64,000 nt of DNA from a virus (lineage: Duplodnaviria; Caudoviricetes): IMG/VR virus record IMGVR_UViG_3300037484_001420, positions 5,811 through 69,810 of that record; one strand, given 5' to 3'. Every line of letters starts with the position of its first letter. Position 1 is the first letter of the stretch. Of this stretch, positions 26,874 through 37,700 are shown in pieces. The notes beneath the pieces are model-generated. The model searched no databases. It was given only the letters and a program-made list of their open reading frames with translations, and was not told where the DNA came from. The position numbers were made by a program, and so were the translations under genes.

Positions 26874-28891
26874 TGCCGCAACTTGAAGCTAATCCGCAGC
26901 ATATTGCCGATTACGAGGGAAGTTTTTACCGGGGCGTAAAATCGGACGTGGACCCTTCGCAGTTGCCGCCGAATTATGTCTGGTCGGCGCTGAACATGCT
27001 GAACATTGGAGGCGTCCTAATGTGTCGTCCCGGCATGCGGTGCATTGTGACTTTCCCGGATGGCAATCTCCAGGGTGCGGCCTTGTTCCGCCCTCAGGTG
27101 GGGTTAGAGCAGCTTGTTGTAGCGGTAGACGGAATTATCTACGCGGCGGAGTGGCCCTTTACGGACTTTCGCATGCTGACGAACGTGCGGATGGCTCCGC
27201 AGGCGAAGCAAATGTATTGGGCGATGACGGTGCAGTCTGCTGAACGTCTCTCAACGGAGCTTACTGCGGGCATTCGAGCAATCGAGCCGCGCGCGGTCCT
27301 GTTCATCAATGATGGCGGCTTCACTGCTCCTGCGTGGTTTGACGGTTCCAACTCCGGGCACGTTCGAGACAATGCCTTTGAGACTCCTGCGGGTGGCCCG
27401 ATGTGCTGGGTTGGTGACCGGCTGTGGGTGGCCGTGCGCAATCAAGTTTTTGCGGGAGACATCGCGAATCCGTTTAGCTTTCGAGAGCAGATTTATCTCG
27501 GCGGCGTGTCTTCGTTCTTTTTCAACGGGGACGTCACAGCGCTGACTCCGACACCCAGCATCGAAGCGCCTCAGTTGATGGTGTTCACTGAGTCGAGCGG
27601 CTCAATCCTCCAAGCTAACAATCGCTTGCGGGACCAGTGGCCCTTCACTGCCGATTTTCAGCGCGAAATTGTCCAGGTTGGTTGCGGCTCGAACCGCTCT
27701 ATCGTGTCTCACTACGGAAAACTCGTGTGGTATTCTCCGGCGGGCGTCGCGTTTTTCGACGCGGCAGCCGCAGGGAAGCATACTACTCGGCTTCCAGTGC
27801 GCGACAACGAAATGATGCGGAGTAAGACCACAATCGGCGAAGACCAAAGCCTGATTGCGGCGGCAGTCTTCGGCCAATACACTCTTATGAGTGTTCCGGC
27901 TGAGGACAACTACAACAAGCATACTTGGGTGTTGAACAACGCCAGCCTGGAGACGCTCTCTGACGAGTCTGGCCCGTCCTGGTGCGGTCACTGGGTGGGC
28001 ACGCGGCCGGTAGAATGGGTCTACGGCATCATCGCGAACCACGAGCGGATTTATCATGTCTCGGTCGACGTCGACGGCAAAAATCGGCTGTGGGAAGCTT
28101 TCCTCCCCAACTGCCTGGATAACGAGTGCCCAATTACTTGGGCATTTGACACCCGAGGCTTTTTTGGAGTGAGTGCGCCGAGCGCGCAGAAGATGCCCGG
28201 GGCGCCGTGCCGTTTGAATTGGGCGGACATAGGGCTTGCTGGGATTCGCGAAGACCTTGACATCGCGGCGTTCTACGCGGGCAGCACTCGCGGCGCTTTC
28301 AAACGGATGATGGCGAAACGGGTAAATGTGCTGAGGGGCAGCCTTTCGCCGGACGCTGAAATCGACATCAACACGGAAATCTTCGCGTTTAAACCGCAAT
28401 CTCGAACGCTTCGAACTGAGGACGTAAGCCAGAAGGAAGTTGACGAAACTGGCTCGTGCGGCATCGAGAGGGACGACCTGGAGAGTATCGACGAATCTTT
28501 TCAACTGTTGGTCACCGGACACGGTCCGGCAACGGTGCGGTGGATTAGGGTGTTTGCGCAGACGGTGGGGGATGATTGGTCCGGGGACCCGGAGGCGTGC
28601 ACGAGTGAGACAAACAAAAATGCGCTGCGCTTCGATGGGCCGGGCGCTTCGGGTAGCTCTGAGGCCGAAGCACTGGCGGGCCTGATGGCGGCGCCGTCGC
28701 CTACGTTCACCTCCGCGCAGACGCGTGTGGTGGAGCAGGGCGGCATGTCCGCGATTGGTGTCGGCACCAGCGAGAGCTTGGTTTCGCAAGAGGCGGCTGA
28801 CCGAGTCGCCGGGATTGTGGCCCAAAAAATGGCGGAGAACGAGCTGCGGATGGTTCTTCCAAAAATAACGTCAGTGGGTGAGGGCCTATAA
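26873..28891 (+). CDS. Putative tail nozzle / tubular protein B
   Basis: 672 aa, beta-rich; N-terminal FYRGVKSDVDP..LP..NMLN..G.L..RPG pattern typical of podoviral stabilisation proteins. Confidence 0.65.
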   Translation: MPQLEANPQHIADYEGSFYRGVKSDVDPSQLPPNYVWSALNMLNIGGVLMCRPGMRCIVTFPDGNLQGAALFRPQVGLEQLVVAVDGIIYAAEWPFTDFRMLTNVRMAPQAKQMYWAMTVQSAERLSTELTAGIRAIEPRAVLFINDGGFTAPAWFDGSNSGHVRDNAFETPAGGPMCWVGDRLWVAVRNQVFAGDIANPFSFREQIYLGGVSSFFFNGDVTALTPTPSIEAPQLMVFTESSGSILQANNRLRDQWPFTADFQREIVQVGCGSNRSIVSHYGKLVWYSPAGVAFFDAAAAGKHTTRLPVRDNEMMRSKTTIGEDQSLIAAAVFGQYTLMSVPAEDNYNKHTWVLNNASLETLSDESGPSWCGHWVGTRPVEWVYGIIANHERIYHVSVDVDGKNRLWEAFLPNCLDNECPITWAFDTRGFFGVSAPSAQKMPGAPCRLNWADIGLAGIREDLDIAAFYAGSTRGAFKRMMAKRVNVLRGSLSPDAEIDINTEIFAFKPQSRTLRTEDVSQKEVDETGSCGIERDDLESIDESFQLLVTGHGPATVRWIRVFAQTVGDDWSGDPEACTSETNKNALRFDGPGASGSSEAEALAGLMAAPSPTFTSAQTRVVEQGGMSAIGVGTSESLVSQEAADRVAGIVAQKMAENELRMVLPKITSVGEGL

Positions 28892-30645
28892 TGAACGCTG
28901 TTCTTGACACTCTATATCTCCGTCGGCCGCGACTCGAATACGTGTCGCCCGCGATTTGCGAGGCGCTGTTTTCCAGTTCCTCGGAGCCGGTCATTGTGCT
29001 CTCGGAGATTAGCCGGTATCGTGGGCCAACTGGGTTGCGGCGCGGTGTCGGCGGGGGCGAAATCTTTTTCAATTGGGGCGTGATTCCTGGCGTGGTTTGC
29101 TACAACATTTACCACACTCCTAATCCGGACGACCCGAATGGGCTCTACACCCTCGTGAATGAGTGTATCCCTGCCGGGAGTATTTTTGTGTGTTCGGCTG
29201 GAACCTACTACGTTACGGTTATTACCTCGGATGGTGAGTCTGCTCCTACTCCGTCCTTTGTGTGCGATGGAGTTACTCCGGTTATTTTCCCATTGCCGCA
29301 ACTGGCGAACACGATTTGCTACAACCTATATAAGGACGCAGTGCTGCACTGGTCGTGCTTTGAGGGGATGGCCTACGAGGTGTGCGACGGGGGTTGCTAT
29401 AAGGTGTCTGGGATTTCTCCGGACGGTGAGACTGAGCTTAGCGAAGAGATTTGCTTTGACTGTATCACCGAAGAGGAGTGCTTGCCTACCCAGGTTTGGG
29501 ACTGGGAGACTTGCTCCTGCATTGTGTGCCCGGAACAGACTTGCCCCGAGGGGGAGACCTGGAATCCTTTAACGTGCGCGTGCGAGGGCGGCGGTCCGCC
29601 GGGGCCGTGCGACGCGTTTATCGACGTGTTCGGGACTTCCGTCGCGTCAGATGTCGCGAAGAATGGAACTGGGGTCCTGGCCAACTTCGACGATGCAGTG
29701 GTTTTCATTAGCCGGGTGCAAAACACCTGGACCACTGATGGCGGGAGCCCGCTTCTTGTGGATTCGGCCGGGGCCGTCTATGGAGAGGACTCCGGGGTGA
29801 ACCACCAAAAATTTCATCTATCTCAGGTTGGCACGTTGACTACTTTTGGGCCGGACATCGCGGTCGAGCCGTATACGCTGGTGGGGGTCTCTGAAACTGG
29901 ATTGCTAGCCTATAATCGTCTGGTGGGTCATGTAGTGTGGGCGATGGAATTGTGGTCACTTTCGGGGGGAGTAGTAGCTACCATCTCTGACGCGGACAAC
30001 GTTCGTAGTAATTTTAATTCTTTGAGTCCCACGGGAGACCTGTTGTTTTCGTATTTTAATGTCGGGTTGTCCCAGCAAGAATACTGGATTCGGCGGGCAA
30101 ACGGAAGTTTTGTCGACTTGGGATTGGCCTTTCAGTCCGGGGAACGCCAGTGTTTAAATATTTTTGGACAGGCAGCGATAACGGTGCGAAAAAACTCTCT
30201 CGTCGAACCGGCTCGATTATATTTTTGGAACGGGACCAGTTTGGCCGAGATTTACAACCCCGGGACGCCTGTGCTCTTAGGCGGCGCAAGCGGAGTGAGC
30301 GGGCTCAACACCTTTGGCACAATTGTGTTTACGGTGGCCGGGCTCCCATACAAGTGGACTTTCAGCGGCGGGGTGGTGCCGTTGGGGCTCCCTGGCGGAG
30401 CCGCTTCGGTGTCGCTAATCTTCGTCGACGACAACGAGTTAATCCAGGTGGTGGCCAACACCGGAGTATTCTATTATTGGAACGGAGTCTGGGGTCTGGC
30501 CTCGGACATCTATCCCATCACCGCGACCCCTTGGTCGGCCATCAACGGCATTCAAAAGGTGGCGAGAGACGGCCACGTAATCGGAAACGGAACCTATTCG
30601 GGAGGCTATCGGTCCTTCCTCGCGAAGTGTTGCCCGCCCACATAA
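28891..30645 (+). CDS. Cys-rich tail protein (FN3-like pair, C-x5-W-x4-CxC repeats, beta-propeller-like C-terminus)
   Basis: Two CYN[IL]Y...Y.V..I..DGE[ST] units; CLPTQVWDWETCSC and CPEGETWNPLTCAC; C-terminal GLN..G.IV repeats. Confidence 0.7.
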   Translation: MNAVLDTLYLRRPRLEYVSPAICEALFSSSSEPVIVLSEISRYRGPTGLRRGVGGGEIFFNWGVIPGVVCYNIYHTPNPDDPNGLYTLVNECIPAGSIFVCSAGTYYVTVITSDGESAPTPSFVCDGVTPVIFPLPQLANTICYNLYKDAVLHWSCFEGMAYEVCDGGCYKVSGISPDGETELSEEICFDCITEEECLPTQVWDWETCSCIVCPEQTCPEGETWNPLTCACEGGGPPGPCDAFIDVFGTSVASDVAKNGTGVLANFDDAVVFISRVQNTWTTDGGSPLLVDSAGAVYGEDSGVNHQKFHLSQVGTLTTFGPDIAVEPYTLVGVSETGLLAYNRLVGHVVWAMELWSLSGGVVATISDADNVRSNFNSLSPTGDLLFSYFNVGLSQQEYWIRRANGSFVDLGLAFQSGERQCLNIFGQAAITVRKNSLVEPARLYFWNGTSLAEIYNPGTPVLLGGASGVSGLNTFGTIVFTVAGLPYKWTFSGGVVPLGLPGGAASVSLIFVDDNELIQVVANTGVFYYWNGVWGLASDIYPITATPWSAINGIQKVARDGHVIGNGTYSGGYRSFLAKCCPPT

Positions 30646-30648
30646 AAT

Positions 30649-31473
30649 ATGAGCTTAAAACCAACTAGCCTGTATATTCAGGCCGCGCAGCTACCGCCGA
30701 CTTTCAGCGGCGGGCCTAACGACCTTTTCACCGCCATGATTCAGCGGATGAAGATTGTTTCGCCGAGCGGAACCAACTTTATTTTCATCGGAGACAACGA
30801 GCCGACTTCGAACGTAGGTCCGTGGCTAAAGGGCGGCACAAAGTGGTTTGTCTGGGACGAAACTACCAAGCGCTATGTGCCAGTCGATGTGTCGGAGTCG
30901 GTAGACATTCCGTTTCACATAGGAGCCACTACGCCCCTTACGAGCACGCCGCCGGTCTGGCTTCGCACCACGGCCGACGCGACCGACGTGAGTCCGTCGT
31001 ATGGGTCTCCTATTGGGTGGTATATGTTCGACGGTGCCGCCTGGACGCCTTATGTCGGCATAGTGTTGTCCGGCCCGACCGCAAGCCGCCCGGCGTCACC
31101 CGTGGAGTATCAGCAGTTTTACGACACCGAAATCACCTGTCTGCTTTGGTGGGAGCGTTCAAAATGGCGGACTGTCGCAGGAGTCCCGGGGGACGTGAAA
31201 GCGGTATCGTTCAACACCGCTGATGATGCCCTAACCCACAATCCTGGCTGGGATATTTTCGGCGCTGCAAACCAAGCTTTGCGGGGGCGTATAATTATGC
31301 AGGCCACGACCGACACTGGGGCGAGCCCGGCGACGGACTTGACTGTGGATACGGGGTTGGAGAAGCGGGTCGCGTTCGAGGTTTTCGGCGAGGACACCAA
31401 AATTCAGATAAACGCTGCGTCACCTTTGGAGTATCCGGGTCAATTAGCACTCTGGCACATTGTGAAATCTTAG
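30649..31473 (+). CDS. Tail-associated protein
   Basis: 274 aa; W-rich repeats (PWL..WFVWD, PVWL, WYMFDG..W) common in fibre/collar proteins. Confidence 0.65.
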   Translation: MSLKPTSLYIQAAQLPPTFSGGPNDLFTAMIQRMKIVSPSGTNFIFIGDNEPTSNVGPWLKGGTKWFVWDETTKRYVPVDVSESVDIPFHIGATTPLTSTPPVWLRTTADATDVSPSYGSPIGWYMFDGAAWTPYVGIVLSGPTASRPASPVEYQQFYDTEITCLLWWERSKWRTVAGVPGDVKAVSFNTADDALTHNPGWDIFGAANQALRGRIIMQATTDTGASPATDLTVDTGLEKRVAFEVFGEDTKIQINAASPLEYPGQLALWHIVKS

Positions 31474-31477
31474 GGAA

Positions 31478-31506
31478 TTGACGTCATCCCCAAACGGGGC
31501 GACTGT
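31478..31506 (+). promoter_or_regulatory. Promoter TTGACG-N17-GACTGT
   Basis: Exact family consensus upstream of the ejection-protein operon. Confidence 0.75.
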
Positions 31507-31518
31507 TGAAAGGTAATT

Positions 31519-32424
31519 ATGGATATGTTTGGCAGCCTTTTCGGCATGATTGGCAGCGTCGCAGGCGCGGCAATTTCGGCCGAGGCGATTAAGGAGGCGA
31601 CGGAACGGCAAGTAGCCGCGCTGGAGCGCCAGCGGGATTTTGTTTTTCAGAATCTTGACCCTTCGATAGTCGGCGCGAACGCGACGGCGGCGGACATTCA
31701 GAACGCCTACGCTCGGCTTGCCTTGCAGGCGCAGATTGACCCCGCGCTGGCCCGAATCCGGGGCACCTCGCAGGAGATGCTGGAGAAGCAGCTTGCGGAA
31801 TTGGGAATTGACACAGGCCGGGTAAGCTCGCAAGCAGTCACCGAAGCCCTCGCGGATAGAACGCCGCAGAATCAGGCGCAGGCCGCGATGGTGGACACCG
31901 CCTTGCAGGAGCTTCAGGCGGGCGCTACTCTGCCCTCCGACGTTCAGGCGGAGCTTGTCAAGGCCGGTCTGGAACAGTCCGGGATGACAACCGGCGCTGC
32001 ATCCGGAAAGGGTGTGGGCGGTCAGCTTCTACGAACTGTCTTGGGCACTGCCGGGCTGAACCTAAAACAGCAGAGACAGCAGCAAGCGGCAGCTCTGATG
32101 CAAGGGGCCAGCGACCTGGAGGCCCGGCGCCAGCAAGTATTGCAGACCCTTTTTCCGTCACTCACACAGGCACAGCTTGGCGTGATGGGCGGCACAACCG
32201 GCGCGCTAAGTGCTTCAGAAGCGCTAAAGCCAACGGCGGGACTCACAGGCTCGGATGTCGCGAATCTTTGGCTTGCACGCGTGGGTGCCACGAATCAAAT
32301 TGGGCAGAATATCGCCAATACAGAGGCAGCCGCAGGTCGGACAGTTGGCCAGATTTGGGGTGGTGCGGTGAGCAGCGGGCTCGGTGCTCTGGGCCGAGGT
32401 ATCGGCAATAGCGGATGGGTGTAA
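31519..32424 (+). CDS. Internal virion (ejection/pilot) protein
   Basis: 301 aa; Gly/Ala-rich hydrophobic termini and a Q/A-rich helical core. Confidence 0.7.
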   Translation: MDMFGSLFGMIGSVAGAAISAEAIKEATERQVAALERQRDFVFQNLDPSIVGANATAADIQNAYARLALQAQIDPALARIRGTSQEMLEKQLAELGIDTGRVSSQAVTEALADRTPQNQAQAAMVDTALQELQAGATLPSDVQAELVKAGLEQSGMTTGAASGKGVGGQLLRTVLGTAGLNLKQQRQQQAAALMQGASDLEARRQQVLQTLFPSLTQAQLGVMGGTTGALSASEALKPTAGLTGSDVANLWLARVGATNQIGQNIANTEAAAGRTVGQIWGGAVSSGLGALGRGIGNSGWV

Positions 32425-32428
32425 TTTT

Positions 32429-32983
32429 ATGTCAGCTTGGACTATCAATTCTTTGACGGCCCCGGTGACCCGGGGCTCTGCTCTTGGCTCGGACGCACCC
32501 AAACCGGCGGCACCGACTTCGACCGCTATCACACCCCCGGCACAGTCGGGCATGCTTAATTTGCTGGAGCAGATTTTAGGACCCAACTGGCAGAGTTTGC
32601 TGGGCACTCAAGACCGAAGCGGCCTTGTGGGTGGTGGGTCGCAAGGGCCAACAGCCGAGGACATCTATTCGCGGTCTGCTGCGAACCTGATGAACGCGAA
32701 GTCCTATGCAATCGGACAGGCTTACAATCCCTGGGTGTTGAACAAGATTCGCGAGGACCAGAATCGGCTTGTCAGCGGTGGTGCGGGAATGGGCTTAAGC
32801 TCTGGAGGTGCCAGTCAATACAATACGCTCCAGACTCAACTGGCGGACCAGATGGGCCTGATGAACCAATGGAACCGCACCGCGCAGGCGGCAGCGTCCT
32901 CGCCGATTTACACGTATTCTTTGCAGCCGAAGACTTCTGCCATCGCGCCCCCGACTGGCTGGGGTTTCGGCCAGCGGATGTAA
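32429..32983 (+). CDS. Internal virion protein
   Basis: 184 aa from ATG 32429; G/Q/S-rich. Confidence 0.65.
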   Translation: MSAWTINSLTAPVTRGSALGSDAPKPAAPTSTAITPPAQSGMLNLLEQILGPNWQSLLGTQDRSGLVGGGSQGPTAEDIYSRSAANLMNAKSYAIGQAYNPWVLNKIREDQNRLVSGGAGMGLSSGGASQYNTLQTQLADQMGLMNQWNRTAQAAASSPIYTYSLQPKTSAIAPPTGWGFGQRM

Positions 32984-32990
32984 TTAATTT

Positions 32991-34724
32991 ATGGCGTTCG
33001 AAATTCAGCTTGCAAGACAGTCGACTCCGATTAATGTGCCGGTCGGGCCGCTGGTGACTCCGGCCGAGCCCATCGTAGACTCGAACACTGCCGAGTCGGT
33101 GTTGCGGAGTATTAGCGAGGGGCTTTTCACTGGCGGGAAACTCGTCGACGAATTTGGGAAACTTGGGCAGGCCGAGCGTGCGGCGAAACTACAAGCGGCG
33201 AGAGAGGTTATCGACCCGAACGCTATTGCGGCCAGGGCAGAAGCCCTAAAGGCGGCACGGGCGAAGACTCTTTTGGAGGCGGGAATGGCCACGGAAGCGC
33301 TGCCAAATGTAGCACTCAGGGCGGCGACTGAGCGCGCGAAACTGGAGCGCGAAAAAGCGGATGTCTGGCGCGGGGACGCGTTGAAGTCCTACGAAGAGTC
33401 GGGCCGAGCCCCGGTGTATTTCCAGCAGGAGGACGGAACCGAGTCCGACGAGGTGGACGTAGAGCAAACGGCGGCTCTCGGGGCGCACATGAAATCGTCT
33501 AAGAGCCAGATGACCGAAGCGGCGCAGATGCTCAAAGGGGAGCAGCAAAAAGTTTGGGATTCCGGATTGCAGCAAGAGGTGGTGCGCTACGTTAACGTGA
33601 TGGGGCAGGACGTGTCTCCCGGGTCGGACGCTCATAAGTTTTGGACCAAGCAATTTCAGGACGGCTATAAGAAATACTACAATCCGCCGAAGGTGAAGCC
33701 TCGCGCGAAAGGTGGCAAAGTGGAGACTGCCAAGGAAGAGCGGAACGCGCAACTTGCGGCGGCTGAATCAGCGACGACTGCGGGCTTGGTTGCCCCCAAG
33801 GCTATCAGCGGCCCGACTTTTGCGCCCACGCCGGGCACTGAATACGCCGCAGCCGCACAGTCTTTGACTTTTCCTGGCGTGGCATCCGCACGTAGCGTGC
33901 TCACCGGTCCGGCGGGAGGTTTGTCCGAGGCGCAGGTCGCGCAAATGACGGACCAGCAAGTTGCCGATGCGTGGCGCGGATTGCAGGTAGCTGCGCCGGG
34001 CACTGTCGGCCGGGTGATGATTGCTCCTGCGTTGCCACAGCCGCAACCGTTAGTGACTCCGCAAGAGACGGCACCGGTCGCGCAGTTTCCTGGAGCTTTT
34101 CCAGCCGGACCGAAAGAGCCCTCGAAATATGTTGAGGCAGTAGCGAAGCAGCCCGGCTATACGGACTGGGCTGAGAAAATCGTGCCGATGCAGAATTTTG
34201 CGACGGCTGCGAAGCGGATTCAAGAGGGACCAACCACTGCCGCCGAGAAAGGCCCGCTTGGGCTGGCGAACATGCGGCAAAAGGATTTGGCGCTAATTCA
34301 ATCGCTCCGGCAGTTGTCGGTCCAGACGCAAGCGGCGACTGGGCGAGCGCTTCCCGAGATGCAGACGAAGGCGATTGAAGACCAGATGTCGCTATTTGAG
34401 AAGCTGGGGGACTGGAAACAGACGGTCACCGGCACCGGCACTCTTTCGCCGGGCACTCGTGAGCGGATGATAAAATTCGGAAACGACTTGATTCGCGCGC
34501 GCGAGCTAACGGTGTTGCCCGCGCTGCAATGGGCCGTCCAGGATTCTGGACTCGACGCTGACCAGATTTGGGGACCTAATAGTTTTCAGAAGAAACTCTT
34601 GGAAGGCGGCTCGATGGCCGTTCCCGAGGTGCCGATAGGCCATGGTGGTAGCGGTGTCGCTCACGAGGCCAACGGAGAAATGCGCTTGCCAAGCGGACGT
34701 CGAATCGTATATCCTGGAAGATAA
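32991..34724 (+). CDS. Internal virion (ejection) protein
   Basis: 577 aa, helical and Ala-rich; between the pilot and the giant gene. Confidence 0.65.
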   Translation: MAFEIQLARQSTPINVPVGPLVTPAEPIVDSNTAESVLRSISEGLFTGGKLVDEFGKLGQAERAAKLQAAREVIDPNAIAARAEALKAARAKTLLEAGMATEALPNVALRAATERAKLEREKADVWRGDALKSYEESGRAPVYFQQEDGTESDEVDVEQTAALGAHMKSSKSQMTEAAQMLKGEQQKVWDSGLQQEVVRYVNVMGQDVSPGSDAHKFWTKQFQDGYKKYYNPPKVKPRAKGGKVETAKEERNAQLAAAESATTAGLVAPKAISGPTFAPTPGTEYAAAAQSLTFPGVASARSVLTGPAGGLSEAQVAQMTDQQVADAWRGLQVAAPGTVGRVMIAPALPQPQPLVTPQETAPVAQFPGAFPAGPKEPSKYVEAVAKQPGYTDWAEKIVPMQNFATAAKRIQEGPTTAAEKGPLGLANMRQKDLALIQSLRQLSVQTQAATGRALPEMQTKAIEDQMSLFEKLGDWKQTVTGTGTLSPGTRERMIKFGNDLIRARELTVLPALQWAVQDSGLDADQIWGPNSFQKKLLEGGSMAVPEVPIGHGGSGVAHEANGEMRLPSGRRIVYPGR

Positions 34725-34731
34725 TAATTTC

Positions 34732-37700
34732 ATGTCTGATTTATTTGCGACGCCGGTAACTGAGGCGGCACCCCCGAAGTTTTACACTCCGGAGGGCGTT
34801 GAACTAACCTCCCCCGCTCCCGTTGCACCAGTAGAGGAGAAACCTCCCGGGCAACTAATGTTTGGCCCGGCCCCGAAGTTTTTCGACGCGGCGGGCAAAG
34901 AAGTCCCACACGACTCACAAGAAGCCGCCAGCATGCGCGAAGAGGCCGGGCTGATAGACCCGCTTTTTGATTTGCCGGTGGACGACCTTGCCGCTTTGGC
35001 GACGGAGACGAAGGGCACCTTCAATCTGAAGGAAATTTTCAATTCCCGGCCGGAGGTGCACGCAAACCCCGCCGTTGTGCAGAGAGTCGCCGACGCCTAC
35101 ACGAAGTATGCGGATTCGACGAAGCTGCTTTCACTTCCCTCCACAGTGGGGGAGTGGAAACAGGCCGCTGGCGGTCTTTGGGACATGGCCAAAGGCTATG
35201 CGAAGACCTTTGCGGTCGGTCTCCCGGCTGCCGTGGTGGCAAATGTGCCTGGAGTCCCTCGGGAATTGCAGATGGATGCCGAGAAACTGGAAGCCGAAAT
35301 TATATCCGGCAACCGGGCGGCGCTTCAGGGGCTCGGAAATCTCGCGCTTGGGGCCGGTGAGAAGCTCGCACGGGCTACCGGACTGGCGCCAAAGCTGAAT
35401 GAGCTAAACGCGCAGCAACGAGTTGAGTTTTTCCAGAAAGCTTTGGAAGAGCAGAGGCAGCTTCAGAAAATTTCCGAAGGCAAAGACGAGGGTTTTCTAT
35501 CGCTCGACAAGGGCGAGATGGCGAAACTCGCGGAAGCGGGCCGCACTTTAGAGCCGGAGCAGGTCGCGCAATACGCGGCAGGCTCCCCGTTGGCGTTTAA
35601 ACTGTTCGGCGCGGGATTCGGTGGTGCCGGGAAAGTGGTTGGCGCCGGTGCGCGTGCCGTTGCGCCGAATTTAACGGCTCGGATGGTGCCCGTGCTCTCC
35701 GACATTGCCGCCAAGACCGGCGGGCGAGTTGTGGAGCGAGGTGCGCAAGCGGCAGAGCTTTCCGTAGCAGGAACGCAAAAAGTCGCCCCCGTGGGGGGCG
35801 CAGTCGCGGGCGGATTGGGGCTAACGAGTGTGGTTCCGCATGCTGGTGGCGGCATCATCGGCGCGGGCCTGGGCTTAACGGCAGGCAAAGCGCTGGCCAA
35901 AGGGCTCCAGCCTGTGCGGGGCGCGCTCCAAACGGCTGCCCAGGTGGGCCGCGAAATCGCGGGCAAGGAAGCAATCGCGCTTCCCGTGGCCCAACTCGGC
36001 CGGGACGTTTTAGAAGCGGTTCCGATGGCGGGCGCGGAGATTGGCAAGGGCCTCGCCTTTGACGCGGCTCTGTCTGCCGCCGCTGAAACTCCCGAGGAGC
36101 AGCAAGGGGTCGGTATTGGCGCGCTCTTTGGCCTGGGTGGCGCCGCCTTGCGGAGTGGAATGCACGTAGTGAGCGGCCAGCTAATTGCGCCGCGCGCTTA
36201 CGGGGCTGCCGCAAGAATCAGCTCTAACAAATTTTTCCCACAACTCGATGCGGTGCATGATGCCGTCTTCAACGCGGCCAACGAAGGGGTTAAAACGCGT
36301 GTGAACGCGATTCGGGGCTTTGCTCGCCTCATAAACCCTGAGATGGAAGTTATTTTCGCCGGTCCGAGACCTGCGGAAGGACAGCCGGACCCATATTTCA
36401 ACGCGCTGATATCTCTCGGCATGCAGCAGGAGCAAGCAAAATTTTACGCAGACCAAGCGGGCTTTCACTCACCTCGGTTTCGCGACGCAAAGGGAGTAGA
36501 CCGGCAGTTAATCGTATTTCGTGATGTGGAGTCGGCTCCTCACGAGGTGAAGCACGCGATGGATGACGTGATGGGCGCCTCTGCTGCTCGCACTCGTTGG
36601 TTGAACATGCGGAGGTATTACACGCCGCAGGAGTGGGATGCACTCGGTCGCCAGTATGCCTCTAAGCTATTCTCTGGTGAGCGGAGGTGGGACCCAAGCG
36701 CAGAGTCTTGGCAGTCCTACGTTGCGGACGTCTCCGGATGGGGTCGCGCGGAGGCCGCAGAGCAGGTCGCACGGCAGGAGTTTTTGCAAGGTGGCGAAGC
36801 CGAGGGACCAATTTCGGCGGACCAAATGCGGACCGCTTTAGAGTCCGTGCAAGACAACTGGCGCGACGTGCTCGGCGACGAAGGCGTTCGGCGGGTTGGC
36901 GAGCTTTTCAACGGCGCAGAAATCTCCGCCGAAAGCTGGGATGCGTTGTTTAAACACGCTGGCCCCGCAATGGCGGAACCGACCGGCCCCATCGCGAAAT
37001 CTGCTCAGGTGTTGGGCACCGCCATGGAGCTTATCGGGATTGACCCACTCACGGGTCGCACCTCAGAGGGCGGAGTGCCCCTAAGACGCGGAGCCGTCGA
37101 AGCGGGGAGACGCGAGACCGCCGAATCAACGAAAGGCAAATCCGCAGCACCGACGGCACCCATAGTGACGCCTCGGGTTGCTCCTGGAGCATCAACGGTA
37201 GCGAAGACGCCAACTGAAAGGGACCGCGAGGCCGACCAGCGAATCGTGCAGAACGCGCCGGACACGACTTTAGAAGGTGCCGACCAGTCCGTTCGAGAGA
37301 TGACCGGCACCCTAGCAGAAGCGGCAGCGACGGGGCAAGGCGTGGTCATAGAGTATCGCTCCGCCCCTGGTGAGGGACCCGCTGCCGCAACCGAACTAGG
37401 CGGCATTACTCAATCAGTATCTCGACCGGTCCGGCGCCGGATTATCGAAGCCGCACGTAATTTGCCCGAAGAGGCGCGCAACATGATTTCGAAGGTGTTC
37501 GCACCTTTCAAACTCCGGCAGTCTCGGAAGGGGCTGCAAGCGGGGGGCTGGGCACCCCAGGTATTTGCGGCGAACGCGCAGAAGCTCGCCGAGTTTGTCG
37601 CAACCAGTTCCACGCCCTTTCGTGCCGACCTTTTCGGGGCGGAGGGGGTATACCCAGTTGACCGGTCCGCAAAAACTTTCACCGTCGACGGGTGGAGAAA

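Noticed and set aside
20623-31473. Diversity-generating retroelement or shufflon acting on tail genes
   Set aside because: No reverse transcriptase or template/variable repeat pair was seen. The paralogs at 21906 and 22603 are co-directional, diverged, and lack flanking inverted repeats.
34642-34731. Upstream extensions of ORF-track calls (giant protein, portal, polA, fcl, sigma, RuvC)
   Set aside because: They overlap upstream genes. Downstream starts fit the ATGA coupling and the A/T-rich start context better.
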